Assembly: GCA_958295745.1 (NCBI GenBank) | Contig: OY282370.1 | Span: 1,770,548 to 1,834,547 of the forward strand | DNA from: an uncultured Acidimicrobiia bacterium | GTDB taxonomy: Bacteria > Actinomycetota > Acidimicrobiia > Spongiisociales > Spongiisociaceae | Direction of reading: 5' to 3' | Length of the DNA: 64,000 bases | Notes under the pieces: model-generated | Database searches by the model: none | Told to the model about the DNA's origin: nothing | The model's input: only the letters and a program-made list of their open reading frames with translations | Part shown: piece after piece, positions 1-9,183 of the stretch | Layout of the letters: each line of letters starts with the position of its first letter | How positions within the stretch are numbered: the stretch's first letter is position 1 | Position numbers and translations under genes: made by a program

Positions 1-761
1 ATGGACGCGAACAGTTTTGCCGGGGCGGCGGAGAACGCCGAGGCGAAGTTGAGGATGGCCCGCCCCAGGCCGTCCGGCATGCTGGCCGGCAGCTCTCCCA
101 CGATGGCCCCGATGACGGCGGCGGTGGCGGCGATCTTCAGGGCCGGGAACAGGTAGGGAAGGGCGGCCGGGGCCTGCAGTTTCCAAAGCACCTGCCGGGG
201 GGAGGCGGCGTAGGAGGTCATCAGCTCCGAGGCCTCGGCCTGGGGCGAGCGCAGACCCCGCAGGGTATTGATCGCCACCGGGAAGAAGGCCAGATAGGCC
301 GAGATCACCGCCACCACCACCCAGCGGGGCACGCTCAGCCTCCCCGCCCATACCACCAGGATGGGGGCGATGGCCAGGATAGGCACCGTCTGGGAGGCCA
401 CCACATACGGCATCAGCCCCCGTTCGGCCAGCGGCGAGCGGACGAACATCACCCCCAGTCCGAATCCCACCAGGCTTCCGAAGGCGAAACCCAGGAGGGC
501 CGAACGCCATGTGAACAGGGCCGCCCGCAGCAACACCCACAGCAACAGGTCACCCCCGCGGCGGGCGGGGCGGAACAGGGCGAACAGGATGTCCCAGACG
601 TGGGGCATGGAGCGCTCGTTGGTGCGTACCGGAAGCTCGATCGAAGTGCCGGGCCACACCCCGCCGGCAGTGACCCCCATCCACTTGTAGCCCTCCCACA
701 GGAGCACGAACACCGTCAGGATGCCCAAGAAGGCCAACACTCGGCGGCCGCCGGCGCTCAT
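1..761 (-). CDS. ABC transporter permease (binding-protein-dependent inner membrane component, NitT/TauT/SsuC-like); 5' part only, gene runs off window start
   Basis: Reverse-strand translation from ATG (rc of 759-761) gives MSAGGRRVLAFLGILTVFVLLWEGYKWM...LLGFAFGSLVGFGLGVMFVRSPLAERGLMPYVVASQTVPILAIAPILVVWAGRL..., a typical multi-TM ABC permease, open to position 1. Not in the ORF track because no stop lies within the window. Confidence 0.55.
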   Translation of the reverse strand, partial: MSAGGRRVLAFLGILTVFVLLWEGYKWMGVTAGGVWPGTSIELPVRTNERSMPHVWDILFALFRPARRGGDLLLWVLLRAALFTWRSALLGFAFGSLVGFGLGVMFVRSPLAERGLMPYVVASQTVPILAIAPILVVWAGRLSVPRWVVVAVISAYLAFFPVAINTLRGLRSPQAEASELMTSYAASPRQVLWKLQAPAALPYLFPALKIAATAAVIGAIVGELPASMPDGLGRAILNFASAFSAAPAKLFAS

Positions 762-1026
762 ATGCCCCCGCCCTTTCCGAGTCTGCCGGTTTGGAGAGGA
801 AACAGGCGGGGGCGCCGGGCGGCGGGACCGGGGAGCTTTGTCATATACCTATGAATATAGGAGGAGTTCTACAGGCTCGCGGGTACGGCCGGGCGGCGGG
901 GCTCGATTCCCCGACCGCCTCCGTGGTCTGCGGGATGCGGGAGTCTGCCGATGTTGCTGATCCCGCACGCTCAATGAGGGCCGGGCTGGTAGTCCCGGCA
1001 ATACCACCTGGCCGTTGCGCCGTGGG

Positions 1027-2322
1027 TCAGGCGCCGGTGGCCCGGCGGACGGCGGTTTCCAGCATTCCGTATCCCTCGTCGCATTCTTCTTCGGTCAGGG
1101 ACAGGGGAGGGGCGATGCGGAGCACGTTTCCGTACAGGCCGCCCTTGCCTATCAATAGGCCTTCCGTCCTTGCTTCCTCCAGGACGGCGCTCGCCAGCCC
1201 CGGATCGGGGGACAGGGTGTCCGGATCGGCCAGCTCCACCCCGATCATCAGGCCCTTGCCCCGCACTTCCACCATCTGGGGAACCTCGTCGGCCAGGTGG
1301 TCGAGGCCGTTCTTGAGCCGGTTGCCGACTTTGTGGGAGTTGGTCTGGAGGTCCTCTTCGAGCAGCACGTCGAGGGTGGCCAGAGCGGCGGAGGTGGCCA
1401 TCGGGTTGCCGCCGAACGTGGAGATGGCGTTGGCCGGGTAGCTGTCGATGATCTCCCCCCGGCCTACCACCCCGCCGATCGTCATGCCGTTGCCCAGGCC
1501 CTTGGCGAACGTGAGTAGGTCGGGGACGATGCCGTGGGCCTGGTAACCCCAGAAGTTCTCCCCGGTGCGGCCCCATCCGGTCTGCACCTCGTCGGAGATG
1601 AACAGGATGCCGTGCTCGTCCAGCACCTCTTTCATGGCGCCGAAGAAACCGTCCGGCGGGATGACGAACCCGCCCACCCCCTGGATGGGTTCGGCGATCA
1701 TGGCGGCCACGTCTCCGGCGGTGGCGATCTTGAGCAGGTCCCGCAGGTCGTCCACGCACGCCCCGATGAACTTATCCGCGGGCAGGTGGCCGAACGGGGA
1801 CCTCAGCCCGTACCCTCCGTGGACGTAGGTGACGTTGAAGGGCGAGAAAGAGGTCCCGGACCAGGCGGCGTTGCCGGTCACGGCGATGGCGCTGTGCGAC
1901 TTGCCGTGGTAGCTGTTGCGGATGGCCAGCACCTGGTTGGAGCGGCGGTAGCCGGTGGCCATCATCAGGGCGGTGTCGTTGGCCTCGGTGCCGGAGTTGA
2001 CGAAGAACACCTTGGCGTCGGGGATGCCGGACATCTCGGCGACCCGCTCGGCCAGCTCGATCTGCGGCTCGATCAGATACATCGTCGACGAGTGCAGCAA
2101 CTGGTCGGTTTGGGCCTTGATAGCCCCCAGCACCCTGGGGTCGGCGTGGCCGAGCATGGTGACCAGGATTCCGCCGAAGAAGTCCAGGTACTCGTTGCCC
2201 TCGGCGTCTGTCACCCGGCGGCCGGAGCCTTCCGTCAGGGCGATCGGTTCCTCGTAGTAGAGGTTGACCGAGGGGGGGAGCACCCGTCGGTGGCGTTTCA
2301 ACAGTTCGGCGTGGATTCCCAC
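1027..2322 (-). CDS. class-III (PLP-dependent) aminotransferase, omega-amino acid/acetylornithine/GABA aminotransferase family
   Basis: ORF 1027..2652 (-). Homology begins at VGIHAELLKRHRRVLPPSVNLYYEEPIALTEGSGRRVTDAEGNEYLDFFGGILV...; a GTG start near 2322 is preceded by GGAGG. C-terminus reads GGNPMATSAALATLDVLLEEDLQ...LRIAPPLSLTEEECDEGYGMLETAV. Upstream N-terminal extension is Arg/Pro junk. Confidence 0.8.
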   Translation of the reverse strand: MGIHAELLKRHRRVLPPSVNLYYEEPIALTEGSGRRVTDAEGNEYLDFFGGILVTMLGHADPRVLGAIKAQTDQLLHSSTMYLIEPQIELAERVAEMSGIPDAKVFFVNSGTEANDTALMMATGYRRSNQVLAIRNSYHGKSHSAIAVTGNAAWSGTSFSPFNVTYVHGGYGLRSPFGHLPADKFIGACVDDLRDLLKIATAGDVAAMIAEPIQGVGGFVIPPDGFFGAMKEVLDEHGILFISDEVQTGWGRTGENFWGYQAHGIVPDLLTFAKGLGNGMTIGGVVGRGEIIDSYPANAISTFGGNPMATSAALATLDVLLEEDLQTNSHKVGNRLKNGLDHLADEVPQMVEVRGKGLMIGVELADPDTLSPDPGLASAVLEEARTEGLLIGKGGLYGNVLRIAPPLSLTEEECDEGYGMLETAVRRATGA

Positions 2323-2419
2323 GGGCGGCCTCCGTTGTCGTAGTAGTTCCCCCCAGGATACCCGACCGACGGCGCAGGCGATTATCGATCTGCGGCTTCG
2401 GAGGGGTAGATTGGACGGC

Positions 2420-3403
2420 ATGGCCGATCCGATTGCACCCACTGCGCCCTTGGAGTTCTCGCCGATCCCCATCAAGGATGTGTGGCCGAGTGAGGCCATG
2501 GATTTCACGCCCTGGCTGGCCGACAACCTGCAGTACCTGACGGACCATCTGGGGATCGGCGACCTCGATCTGGACGGTACCGAGGTCGAAGTGCCCGGTG
2601 GACGCAGGCTCGACATCCTGGCGGTGGACCCCGACGGCGAGAAATGGGCCATCGAGAACCAGTACGGCGAGGCCGACCACGATCACCTAACTAGGGCCCT
2701 CGCCTACGCGGTGGGCCTCGAATGCCGGGCCGTGATCGTGGTAGCCGAATCGCACAGGGCGGAGTTCGTGGCGGTGGCGGACGAGTGGAACCGGTACTCG
2801 GAAGCCTACGGCAACGACGGTATCCGCCTGTTTCTGACTGTCATCGAGACAGGCCAGATAGGCGACTCGGTCCAGGGTTTCCGGTTCCGGCTGGCAGCCA
2901 GCCCGAACGAGTGGAAGTGGAAGACACCGAGGGAGAGACCGCTTTCGGAGGCCGACCTCATCCGCCATGAGGAGCGAAGAAAGTTTTGGCCGGGGATCAA
3001 AGAGGCCATGAGCGAGAAGGGACAGTTGACCTGGAACGCTAAACCAAAGTCCTATGTGACGGTTATCAACAGGGGGCCATTCCTCTTTCAAATCTGGGTA
3101 ACGGCCCACAATAGCCGAGTGCAGTTACGAATAGCATCGAACGATCGTGATAGGAACGACGATTTGTTCAATAAGCTCAAGGAGGATATCGAAGCCATCC
3201 ATGAGGCCCTCGGAGGAGTCTTGGAGTGGGATAACGATCTTCGTTTCCAGACAAACCGTATCTACTGGGTGCCGGAGGGAGCATGCGGATACCACACGCC
3301 GGCTGACGAGCGGCAGGACGGCTACCAAGTCTTGGCAGATGCCATGTACCGTTTCCATGACGAGTTCATGCCCCGCGTCGAGGGGTTGCTGGACGGGTCC
3401 TGA
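2420..3403 (+). CDS. hypothetical protein; N-terminal region with possible PD-(D/E)xK nuclease-like signature
   Basis: ORF 2264..3403; probable true start ATG 2420 (MADPIAPTAP..., preceded by GAGGGG). Segment GGRRLDILAVDPDGEKWAIENQYGEADHDHLTRALAYAVGLECRAVIVVAE resembles restriction-endonuclease-like cores. C-terminal half has no recognisable motif. Confidence 0.35.
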   Translation: MADPIAPTAPLEFSPIPIKDVWPSEAMDFTPWLADNLQYLTDHLGIGDLDLDGTEVEVPGGRRLDILAVDPDGEKWAIENQYGEADHDHLTRALAYAVGLECRAVIVVAESHRAEFVAVADEWNRYSEAYGNDGIRLFLTVIETGQIGDSVQGFRFRLAASPNEWKWKTPRERPLSEADLIRHEERRKFWPGIKEAMSEKGQLTWNAKPKSYVTVINRGPFLFQIWVTAHNSRVQLRIASNDRDRNDDLFNKLKEDIEAIHEALGGVLEWDNDLRFQTNRIYWVPEGACGYHTPADERQDGYQVLADAMYRFHDEFMPRVEGLLDGS

Positions 3404-3499
3404 CCTCTGACCCGCTTGACACCCTTCTAGTGTGGGTAGGAGTTGTCCCCGGCGGGAATTTGGTTGTTGGATTCCAGCTTGGGTGTATTGCTCGGATAC

Positions 3500-3700
3500 C
3501 CCTTACCGGCCCGCCCTATCACCCGGGCTTCGGTCGCGAAAATCATTACTACATAGGAACATTCCCACACCGCCTCAGCAGGCCAACCCCTTCCTGAGCG
3601 CTGCCGAGAACGCGAAAACCGCCGAAACTCCGCCCCCTTACTGGGCACATCCCCCGCCGCCGTCGGGGATCGCTCAACACTTCCTTGATTCTCATGGGCC
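3500..3700. repeat. copy 1 of a ~150-170 bp dispersed repeat (Q1), ~85-90% identical to 5536-5705
   Basis: Shared core ...caccgcctcagcag(g/a)ccaacc..ccttcctgagcgc(t/c)gccgagaacgcgaaaaccgccgaaac..ccgcccccttactgggc(a/c)catccccc(g/a)ccgcc... present at both loci. Lies between the 3' end of the 2420..3403 gene and the 3' end of the binding-protein gene. Confidence 0.6.
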
Positions 3701-3725
3701 GGTTCCGCCGGGCCCCTGTTTCAGT

Positions 3726-4808
3726 TCATTCGCCGCCTGGGTTGAGGGTGACGGTGGCCCGTTGCCAGTTTGCGCCTACTGTGTCTAGGCCGTCGTCTTC
3801 GAGTGCGTCTACTGCTGCTTGGGCGTAGTCGGTTCGGTAGGCGCTGCTGCCTGGGTCGGCGCTGATCACGCCTTGGCCGACGGCTACGTCGATGGTCTGT
3901 GCCCACAGGTCCGGGTCCATTACTCCGATCCCGGCTGGGGAGGGCCAGATCAAGCCGTTGATCTCGTTCATCTGCCAGGTTTGGTGGCTGCGTCCCAGGG
4001 TGGGTCCGGCCGCCAGCACGATTTCCACGCAGGCGTCCGGGTTGTCTCGGCAGTGGATCCAACCCCGGAAGGAAGCCCTGAGGAAGGCTTCCACTGTGTC
4101 TGGGTTTTCCTCTGCGTATTGTTCGGTTACCCAGATGGCGTCTTGGAGCATGGCGGTGGCGATGGCCGGGTCGTTGAAGTCGATCACGTTCAGGTCGCTG
4201 GGCTGGTACAGCTGGCCGGTGGCGGGGTTGGTGGCCTCCAGCACCTGGGCGTACTCGTTGTAGATCATGGCCTCGGCGGCGGCGATCTCCCGATTGAGCA
4301 GCGCTTCCATGTCGAAGCTCTGGGCGACCAGCTCCACGTCTTGTACACCGAATTTCTCGATGGCTGCGGTCAGTTCGTATTCGTTGCCGAAGCCCCAGTT
4401 GCCGACTGCTTTGCCTGCCCAGTCGGTGGGGGAGGTGATTCCTGAGTCGGCCCAGGACACCATCAGGGTGCCTGAACGCTGGAACACTTGGCCCACGTTG
4501 ACCAGCCCGGCGTCTTCTTCGTTGGATACCAGAGCCTTGGGTACCCAGGCGAGTCCGAACTGGGCGCCGCCGGTAGCGACCACCTGCTGGGGAACGATCT
4601 CCACCGCTCCCTCCAGGATGGTCACGTCCAGGCCTTCTTCTTCGTAGAATCCCTGGTCGACAGCCGCGTAGTAACCGGCGAACTGGGCCTGCGCCACCCA
4701 CTGCAGCTGCAGGTTTATGGGGGTTAGCTCATCGTCTCCCGCGCAGGCTGCGGCTGCCAACGTCAACGCCCCCAAGGCCGCGGCCAGTTTGAAAAGTCTT
4801 GTCCGCAT
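3726..4808 (-). CDS. ABC transporter substrate-binding lipoprotein, NMT1/THI5-like (sulfonate/nitrate/taurine/HMP family)
   Basis: 360 aa. Lipoprotein signal MRTRLFKLAAALGALTLAAAAC. Periplasmic binding-protein-like sequence (..LQLQWVAQAQFAGYYAAVDQGFYEEEGLDVTILEG..). No cognate permease or ATPase is adjacent, so the gene is orphaned and flanked by repeats. Confidence 0.7.
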   Translation of the reverse strand: MRTRLFKLAAALGALTLAAAACAGDDELTPINLQLQWVAQAQFAGYYAAVDQGFYEEEGLDVTILEGAVEIVPQQVVATGGAQFGLAWVPKALVSNEEDAGLVNVGQVFQRSGTLMVSWADSGITSPTDWAGKAVGNWGFGNEYELTAAIEKFGVQDVELVAQSFDMEALLNREIAAAEAMIYNEYAQVLEATNPATGQLYQPSDLNVIDFNDPAIATAMLQDAIWVTEQYAEENPDTVEAFLRASFRGWIHCRDNPDACVEIVLAAGPTLGRSHQTWQMNEINGLIWPSPAGIGVMDPDLWAQTIDVAVGQGVISADPGSSAYRTDYAQAAVDALEDDGLDTVGANWQRATVTLNPGGE

Positions 4809-5009
4809 CGTTGCCTACTCCCTCTGGTTACTTCTCGTTCTTCCGGCAAGCAACAAAACAATACCCTGTTGCTATGACACGGGGAGACTCGGGATTTTGG
4901 AGGTTTCCTTTGTGGGGAGCGCCCCGGATTACGCGTGCCGCAGATCGATAAGACCTCCTGATCGAAGCCGGCATCTCGAAGAAGTAGAGTCAACAGGCGG
5001 GGCGCAACA

Positions 5010-5535
5010 GACGGCGCCGCCGGGCGGCGGGGTTCGATTCCCCGACCGCCTCCGTGGTCTGCGGGATGCGGGAGTCTGCCGATGTTGCGCCGTGGGTCAG
5101 GCGCCGGTTGCCCGGCGGACGGCGGTTTCCAGCATTCCGTATCCCTCGTCGCATTCTTCTTCGGTCAGGGACAGGGGAGGGGCGATGCGGAGCACGTTTC
5201 CGTACAGGCCGCCTTTGCCTATCAATCAGGCCTTCCGTCCTTGCTTCCTCTAGGACGGCGCTCGCCAGCCCCGGATCGGGGGACAAAGTGTCCGGATCGG
5301 CCAGCTCCACCCCGATCATCAGGCCCTTGCCCCGCACTTCCACCATCTGGGGAACCTCGTCGGCTAGGTGGTCGAGGCCGTTCTTGAGCCGGTTGCCAAC
5401 TTTGTGGGAGTTGGTCTGGAGGTCCTCTTCGAGCAGCACGTCGAGGGTGGCCAGAGCGGCGGAGGTGGCCATCGGGTTGCCGCCGAACGTGGAGATGGCG
5501 TTGGCCGGGTAGCTGTCGATGATCTCCCCCCGGCC
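5010..5535 (-). pseudogene. truncated duplicate of the 3' ~520 bp of the class-III aminotransferase gene, with ~30 bp of its downstream flank
   Basis: ORF 4990..5592 (-) encodes GGNPMATSAALATLDVLLEEDLQTNSHKVGNRLKNGLDHLADEVPQMVEVRGKGLMIGVELADP..., almost identical to residues from 1027..1530. Relative to copy 1 it has a ~60-bp deletion and a frame-disrupting change (atcaatcagg...ctctagg). The 5' break at ~5535 abuts repeat Q2. Confidence 0.7.
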
Positions 5536-5705
5536 GCTCTTCACCCGGGCCTCGGGCGCGAAATTACGCCCTGCATAAGGAAAATCCCCCACCGCCTCAG
5601 CAGACCAACCACCTTCCTGAGCGCCGCCGAGAACGCGAAAACCGCCGAAACAGCCGCCCCCTTACTGGGCCCATCCCCCACCGCCACCACGCAGTATCGG
5701 AACTC
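5536..5705. repeat. copy 2 of dispersed repeat (Q2)
   Basis: Aligns to 3521-3690 (see Q1). Followed by an AT-rich stretch at 5790-5880. Confidence 0.6.
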
Positions 5706-6126
5706 CTCTCCGGCGCGTCGGTCCGGCCTCGGCCGGAGGGCGAGCAGAGTGAGATCCCGATATGATCACCGCCCTCTCTAGAACTCGGCGGCGATGTTTG
5801 TAGTTCGGTATCTATTGTTATACAACATATCAGCGACAGATTCAATACCCTTGTTTGGGAGTTTCTTGCGATCGCTCACGGAGGGTCCGCGGTTGGAGGT
5901 CCTCCGCCCCCGCCGGAGGGCCGTCTTCGGTGAGGATGGCCTTCTGCTGTGATGCCCGGCGGCCTGTATCCACTCCACTGGGCGAACGGGACCTCCGCGT
6001 TGGCGGATCGAGGGCGGCGTTGCCCTGAACGGGTCGGGGGCCGGGGTAGGTCCTCCGGCACCTGAGGGAAGGCGGGGGGCGGCCCGGCAGGGGGCCAATC
6101 CTTCTTTATCTCACATTTCGGCCCCG

Positions 6127-6759
6127 ATGACAAGGGGTTCCCTCCGGCCACCTTTTGCGATATCTTCATGTAATGCCAAACAATCTCGAAGAACGATCCA
6201 ACCCTATCAACCGGAGAGGGCCGGGGCCTTGGCGGCTCTAGCCGTACACACCCGGCACGACGACGTGTTGGGCCTGGTGGCGCCGTTCGCACTGGCCGCT
6301 TCCCGGCGCACCGTGCTGGTGATCGACCTCGACCCCGAAGGGTTTCCGCTCCCCGGCCGCCGCACCCTGGCCCGGCTGGTGGAGGACGGCCCCACCCTGT
6401 CCGAGCTGGTTCCGTCCCGCCGCGGGATGGCCGTCCTGCCTCATGGAGGGGTGGACCTGGAGGCGGCCAGGCCGGTGGTGGACGCTCTGGTCGAGTCGTG
6501 GCCCTGCGTGGTGGTGCGGACGCGGACGCCCTTCCCCGGCCTGCCCTTCGCGGAGGCGGCCCCGATGGTTCCCGGAGTCGAAACCCATGCCGGCCCCCGG
6601 GTGTGGGTGCGGACCGGGATCGGAAAGGTGAAGCCCGGCCCCGGCCCGGTCGTGGACGGTCCTGGGCGGCAGGCGGTCGGCGCCGTGCTGGCCGGGCGGA
6701 TGCCCGCCGGACGGTGGCTCCGCTCCTGGGCCGAAGTCTGGAAGTGGCCGTGGCAGTAG
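6127..6759 (+). CDS. Flp pilus assembly protein, TadZ/CpaE-like (degenerate ParA/MinD-like) protein
   Basis: 210 aa, ..LAALAVHTRHDDVLGLVAPFALAASRRTVLVIDLDPEGFPLPG..; sits immediately upstream of and overlapping the CpaF/TadA ATPase, as in actinobacterial tad loci. The exact start is uncertain. Confidence 0.45.
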   Translation: MTRGSLRPPFAISSCNAKQSRRTIQPYQPERAGALAALAVHTRHDDVLGLVAPFALAASRRTVLVIDLDPEGFPLPGRRTLARLVEDGPTLSELVPSRRGMAVLPHGGVDLEAARPVVDALVESWPCVVVRTRTPFPGLPFAEAAPMVPGVETHAGPRVWVRTGIGKVKPGPGPVVDGPGRQAVGAVLAGRMPAGRWLRSWAEVWKWPWQ

Positions 6760-7808
6760 TAGACCGCGTACTCCGCCGGGTGCTCGAATCCGACATCGAG
6801 CTGAGCCGCGAGGGGGCGGAAGCCGAAGTAAGGCGGATAATGTCCTTCGAGTCGCCGCTGGCCTCGCCGCAGACAGTCGATGCGGTGATGGACAACCTGG
6901 TCGGGATGGGCCCGATCGAACCCTTGTTCCGGGACCCGACCGTGTCGGACGTGTTCGTGAACGGGCCGGACGAGGTGTGGGTGGAGCGCCGGGGCGTCCT
7001 GGAACGCACCGATATCGTGTTCGCCGACGACGCGGCGGTGCTGGCCGCGGTGGAACGCACCATCGCCCCGCTCGGACTGCGCCTGGACCGGGCCAGCCCG
7101 CTGCTGAGCGCCCGGCTGCCCGACGGAAGCCGCCTTCACGCGGTCGTTCCGCCGGTGTCGGTCGGGGGTCCGATCGTGGCCATCCGCCGTTTCACCGCGG
7201 TGGCGCCCGACCTGGACACCTTCGTCGAATGGGGTTCCATGACCCCCGGCCAGCGGGGCCTTCTCGAGCGGGCCGTCGAAGACCGCCTCAACATCGTGGT
7301 CAGCGGGGCGGCGGGGGCCGGCAAGACCACCCTGCTCAACGCCTTGGCGGCGGCCTGCCCCCCGGAGGAGCGGATGGTGACCATCGAAGACGCCGCCGAG
7401 CTCAGGTTCCCGGGGCACGTGGTCCGCCTCGAAGCCCGCCCCCCCAACGCCGAGGGCCGGGGGCAGGTGACTCTGGCGGACCTGGTGCGCACCGCCCTCC
7501 GCCTGCGCCCCGACCGCATCATCGTGGGCGAGGTGAGGGGGCCCGAGACGCTCGACATGATCTCGGCGATGAACACCGGCCACGACGGCAGCCTGTCCAC
7601 CGTCCATGCCAACGGGCCCGAAGACGCCCTGTGGCGGCTGGAGACCCTGGCCCTGTCGGCGGGTGACAACGTGGGGGAGACGGCCGTCCGCCGCCAGCTC
7701 CGTTCGGGTGTGGACCTCATCGTGCATCTTTCTAGGCGGGACGCCCGCCGCCGGGTGGAGGTGATCGCCGAGGTCGATCAGGAAGGATGCCGGGAGGCGC
7801 CGTGCTGA
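6744..7808 (+). CDS. tadA: CpaF/TadA-family type II/IV secretion ATPase (Flp pilus assembly)
   Basis: Frame of ORF 6498..7808. N-terminal region ...GMGPIEPLFRDPTVSDVFVNGPDEVWVERRG..; Walker A VVSGAAGAGKTTLLNAL; ..RIIVGEVRGPETLDMISAMNTGHDGSLSTVHAN... A GTG start at 6744 overlaps the upstream gene's stop. Earlier part of the ORF is out-of-context junk. Confidence 0.85.
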   Translation: MAVAVVDRVLRRVLESDIELSREGAEAEVRRIMSFESPLASPQTVDAVMDNLVGMGPIEPLFRDPTVSDVFVNGPDEVWVERRGVLERTDIVFADDAAVLAAVERTIAPLGLRLDRASPLLSARLPDGSRLHAVVPPVSVGGPIVAIRRFTAVAPDLDTFVEWGSMTPGQRGLLERAVEDRLNIVVSGAAGAGKTTLLNALAAACPPEERMVTIEDAAELRFPGHVVRLEARPPNAEGRGQVTLADLVRTALRLRPDRIIVGEVRGPETLDMISAMNTGHDGSLSTVHANGPEDALWRLETLALSAGDNVGETAVRRQLRSGVDLIVHLSRRDARRRVEVIAEVDQEGCREAPC

Positions 7809-8473
7809 TCGTCCTGCTGGCCGCCGTCGGCGTCGCGCTCAGGCCGCGCCGCTTCTGGGAGCCCGCAGCCCTGGTTGCGGTGGTGTCCCTTCCCTGGTGG
7901 ATGACCCTGGCCGGCCTCGGCGCAGGGGTGTTCATCGCCCGCCGCTCCCACCGCGACGACCCCTACCAGGAGGCCGCCTACCTGCAGGCGGTGAGCGCCG
8001 AGCTGCGGGCCGGACGGAGCCTCCGGCAGGCGCTGGTGGAAGCCGTCAGCCGGGCGCCCGGCCTCGATCTGGCCTACGCGTCGCGCCTGGCCCGCTCCGG
8101 CCGCCCGATGGAAGAAGTCGCCCTGGCCGCCTCCGCCGCCCTGCCCGGAACCGGACCCCTGGCGGCCGCCGCCATGCGGATCGGCGCCGAGAGCGGGGGA
8201 GAGGTGGCGTCGGCGTTCGCAACCCTGGCCGGCATCCAGGCGGACCGCATCGAGCTGGCCCGGGAGAACCGGGCGGCAGGCGCCGCGGCCCGGGCCTCGG
8301 TAGCCGTCCTTACCGTCCTTCCGGTCGGGGGGTTGTTCTTCGCCTTCTCCACCGGGATGCTCTCCGACCTGATGGCCATGGGCCGGATCGGCCCCATCCT
8401 GGTGGCGGCCGGCTCGTTCCTGCTGGCGGCGGGCGCCGCCTCCACCCTGGCGCTGGGCAGGAGGCTGACATGA
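7787..8473 (+). CDS. tadB: TadB-like Flp pilus assembly membrane protein (T2SS F-domain)
   Basis: 228 aa, hydrophobic. Position and overlap with tadA stop and tadC start (ATGA at 8470-8473) match tad locus organisation. Confidence 0.55.
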   Translation: MPGGAVLIVLLAAVGVALRPRRFWEPAALVAVVSLPWWMTLAGLGAGVFIARRSHRDDPYQEAAYLQAVSAELRAGRSLRQALVEAVSRAPGLDLAYASRLARSGRPMEEVALAASAALPGTGPLAAAAMRIGAESGGEVASAFATLAGIQADRIELARENRAAGAAARASVAVLTVLPVGGLFFAFSTGMLSDLMAMGRIGPILVAAGSFLLAAGAASTLALGRRLT

Positions 8474-9111
8474 CCTACTTCACCCTCACCGCCGCCGCGG
8501 TCACGGTGTTCATGCTCCTGCGGTCCTTCCCGCCCGGGCGCCGGGCCATGGCGGCGGCGGTTGCCGCACTGGGCCTGGCCAACCCGGTGGCCGGGGCGGG
8601 GATAGGGGTGGCGTGGTTCTCCCTGCACCGCCGCCGAGCCCTCCGGGCCGAACGGCGCGCCGAGGAGCAGGCTCGAGGCGAGCTGGAGCTGCTCACCCAC
8701 TCGATGCTGATCGGCCTCTCGGGCGGCCTGTCGCCGGTGGCGGCCCTGGCCCTTTCACGGGAGAACCTGCGGTCCCGGCTGGGCGGGGAAGTGGACCTGG
8801 TTCTCCGGCGCTCGGTTCAATCCGGCCTCACCGCCGCCCTTCTGGACGCCGCCGGCGCGGGCGGGAGGTTGTTCCGCCAGATAGGGGCGGCCCATCTCTC
8901 CGGCGCCCCCCTGGGGCTGGCCCTGACCGCCTTGGCCGCCGAACACCGGGCGGAGGCCCGCGCCCGGGCGGTGGAACGGGCCCGCAAGCTCCCGGTGAGG
9001 ATGGTGATCCCGCTCACCCTTCTCATGCTCCCGGGTCTTCTGATCCTGATGGTCGGCCCGATCGTGTTGCCGTCGCTGATGCGGCTGCTCGGTCCGATCG
9101 TGAGGCTGTGA
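8470..9111 (+). CDS. tadC: TadC-like Flp pilus assembly membrane protein
   Basis: MTYFTLTAAAVTVFMLLRSF...KLPVRMVIPLTLLMLPGLLILMVGPIVLPSLMRLLGPIV. Start ATG 8470 overlaps the tadB stop. Lies within the frame of ORF 7897..9111. Confidence 0.55.
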   Translation: MTYFTLTAAAVTVFMLLRSFPPGRRAMAAAVAALGLANPVAGAGIGVAWFSLHRRRALRAERRAEEQARGELELLTHSMLIGLSGGLSPVAALALSRENLRSRLGGEVDLVLRRSVQSGLTAALLDAAGAGGRLFRQIGAAHLSGAPLGLALTALAAEHRAEARARAVERARKLPVRMVIPLTLLMLPGLLILMVGPIVLPSLMRLLGPIVRL

Positions 9112-9183
9112 TGTCGATGTCGCTTCCCCCCGAACCGGCCGGACGCCGGATCATCCGCCTCGGCGGGAGAAAGGAAAGAAAGA

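Noticed and set aside
3432-3788. ORFs 3432..3788 (+) and 5368..5781 (+) overlapping the Q repeats as possible small proteins
   Set aside because: Nucleotide conservation between the two Q copies does not preserve a common reading frame (the predicted peptides differ). This favours a non-coding repeat.
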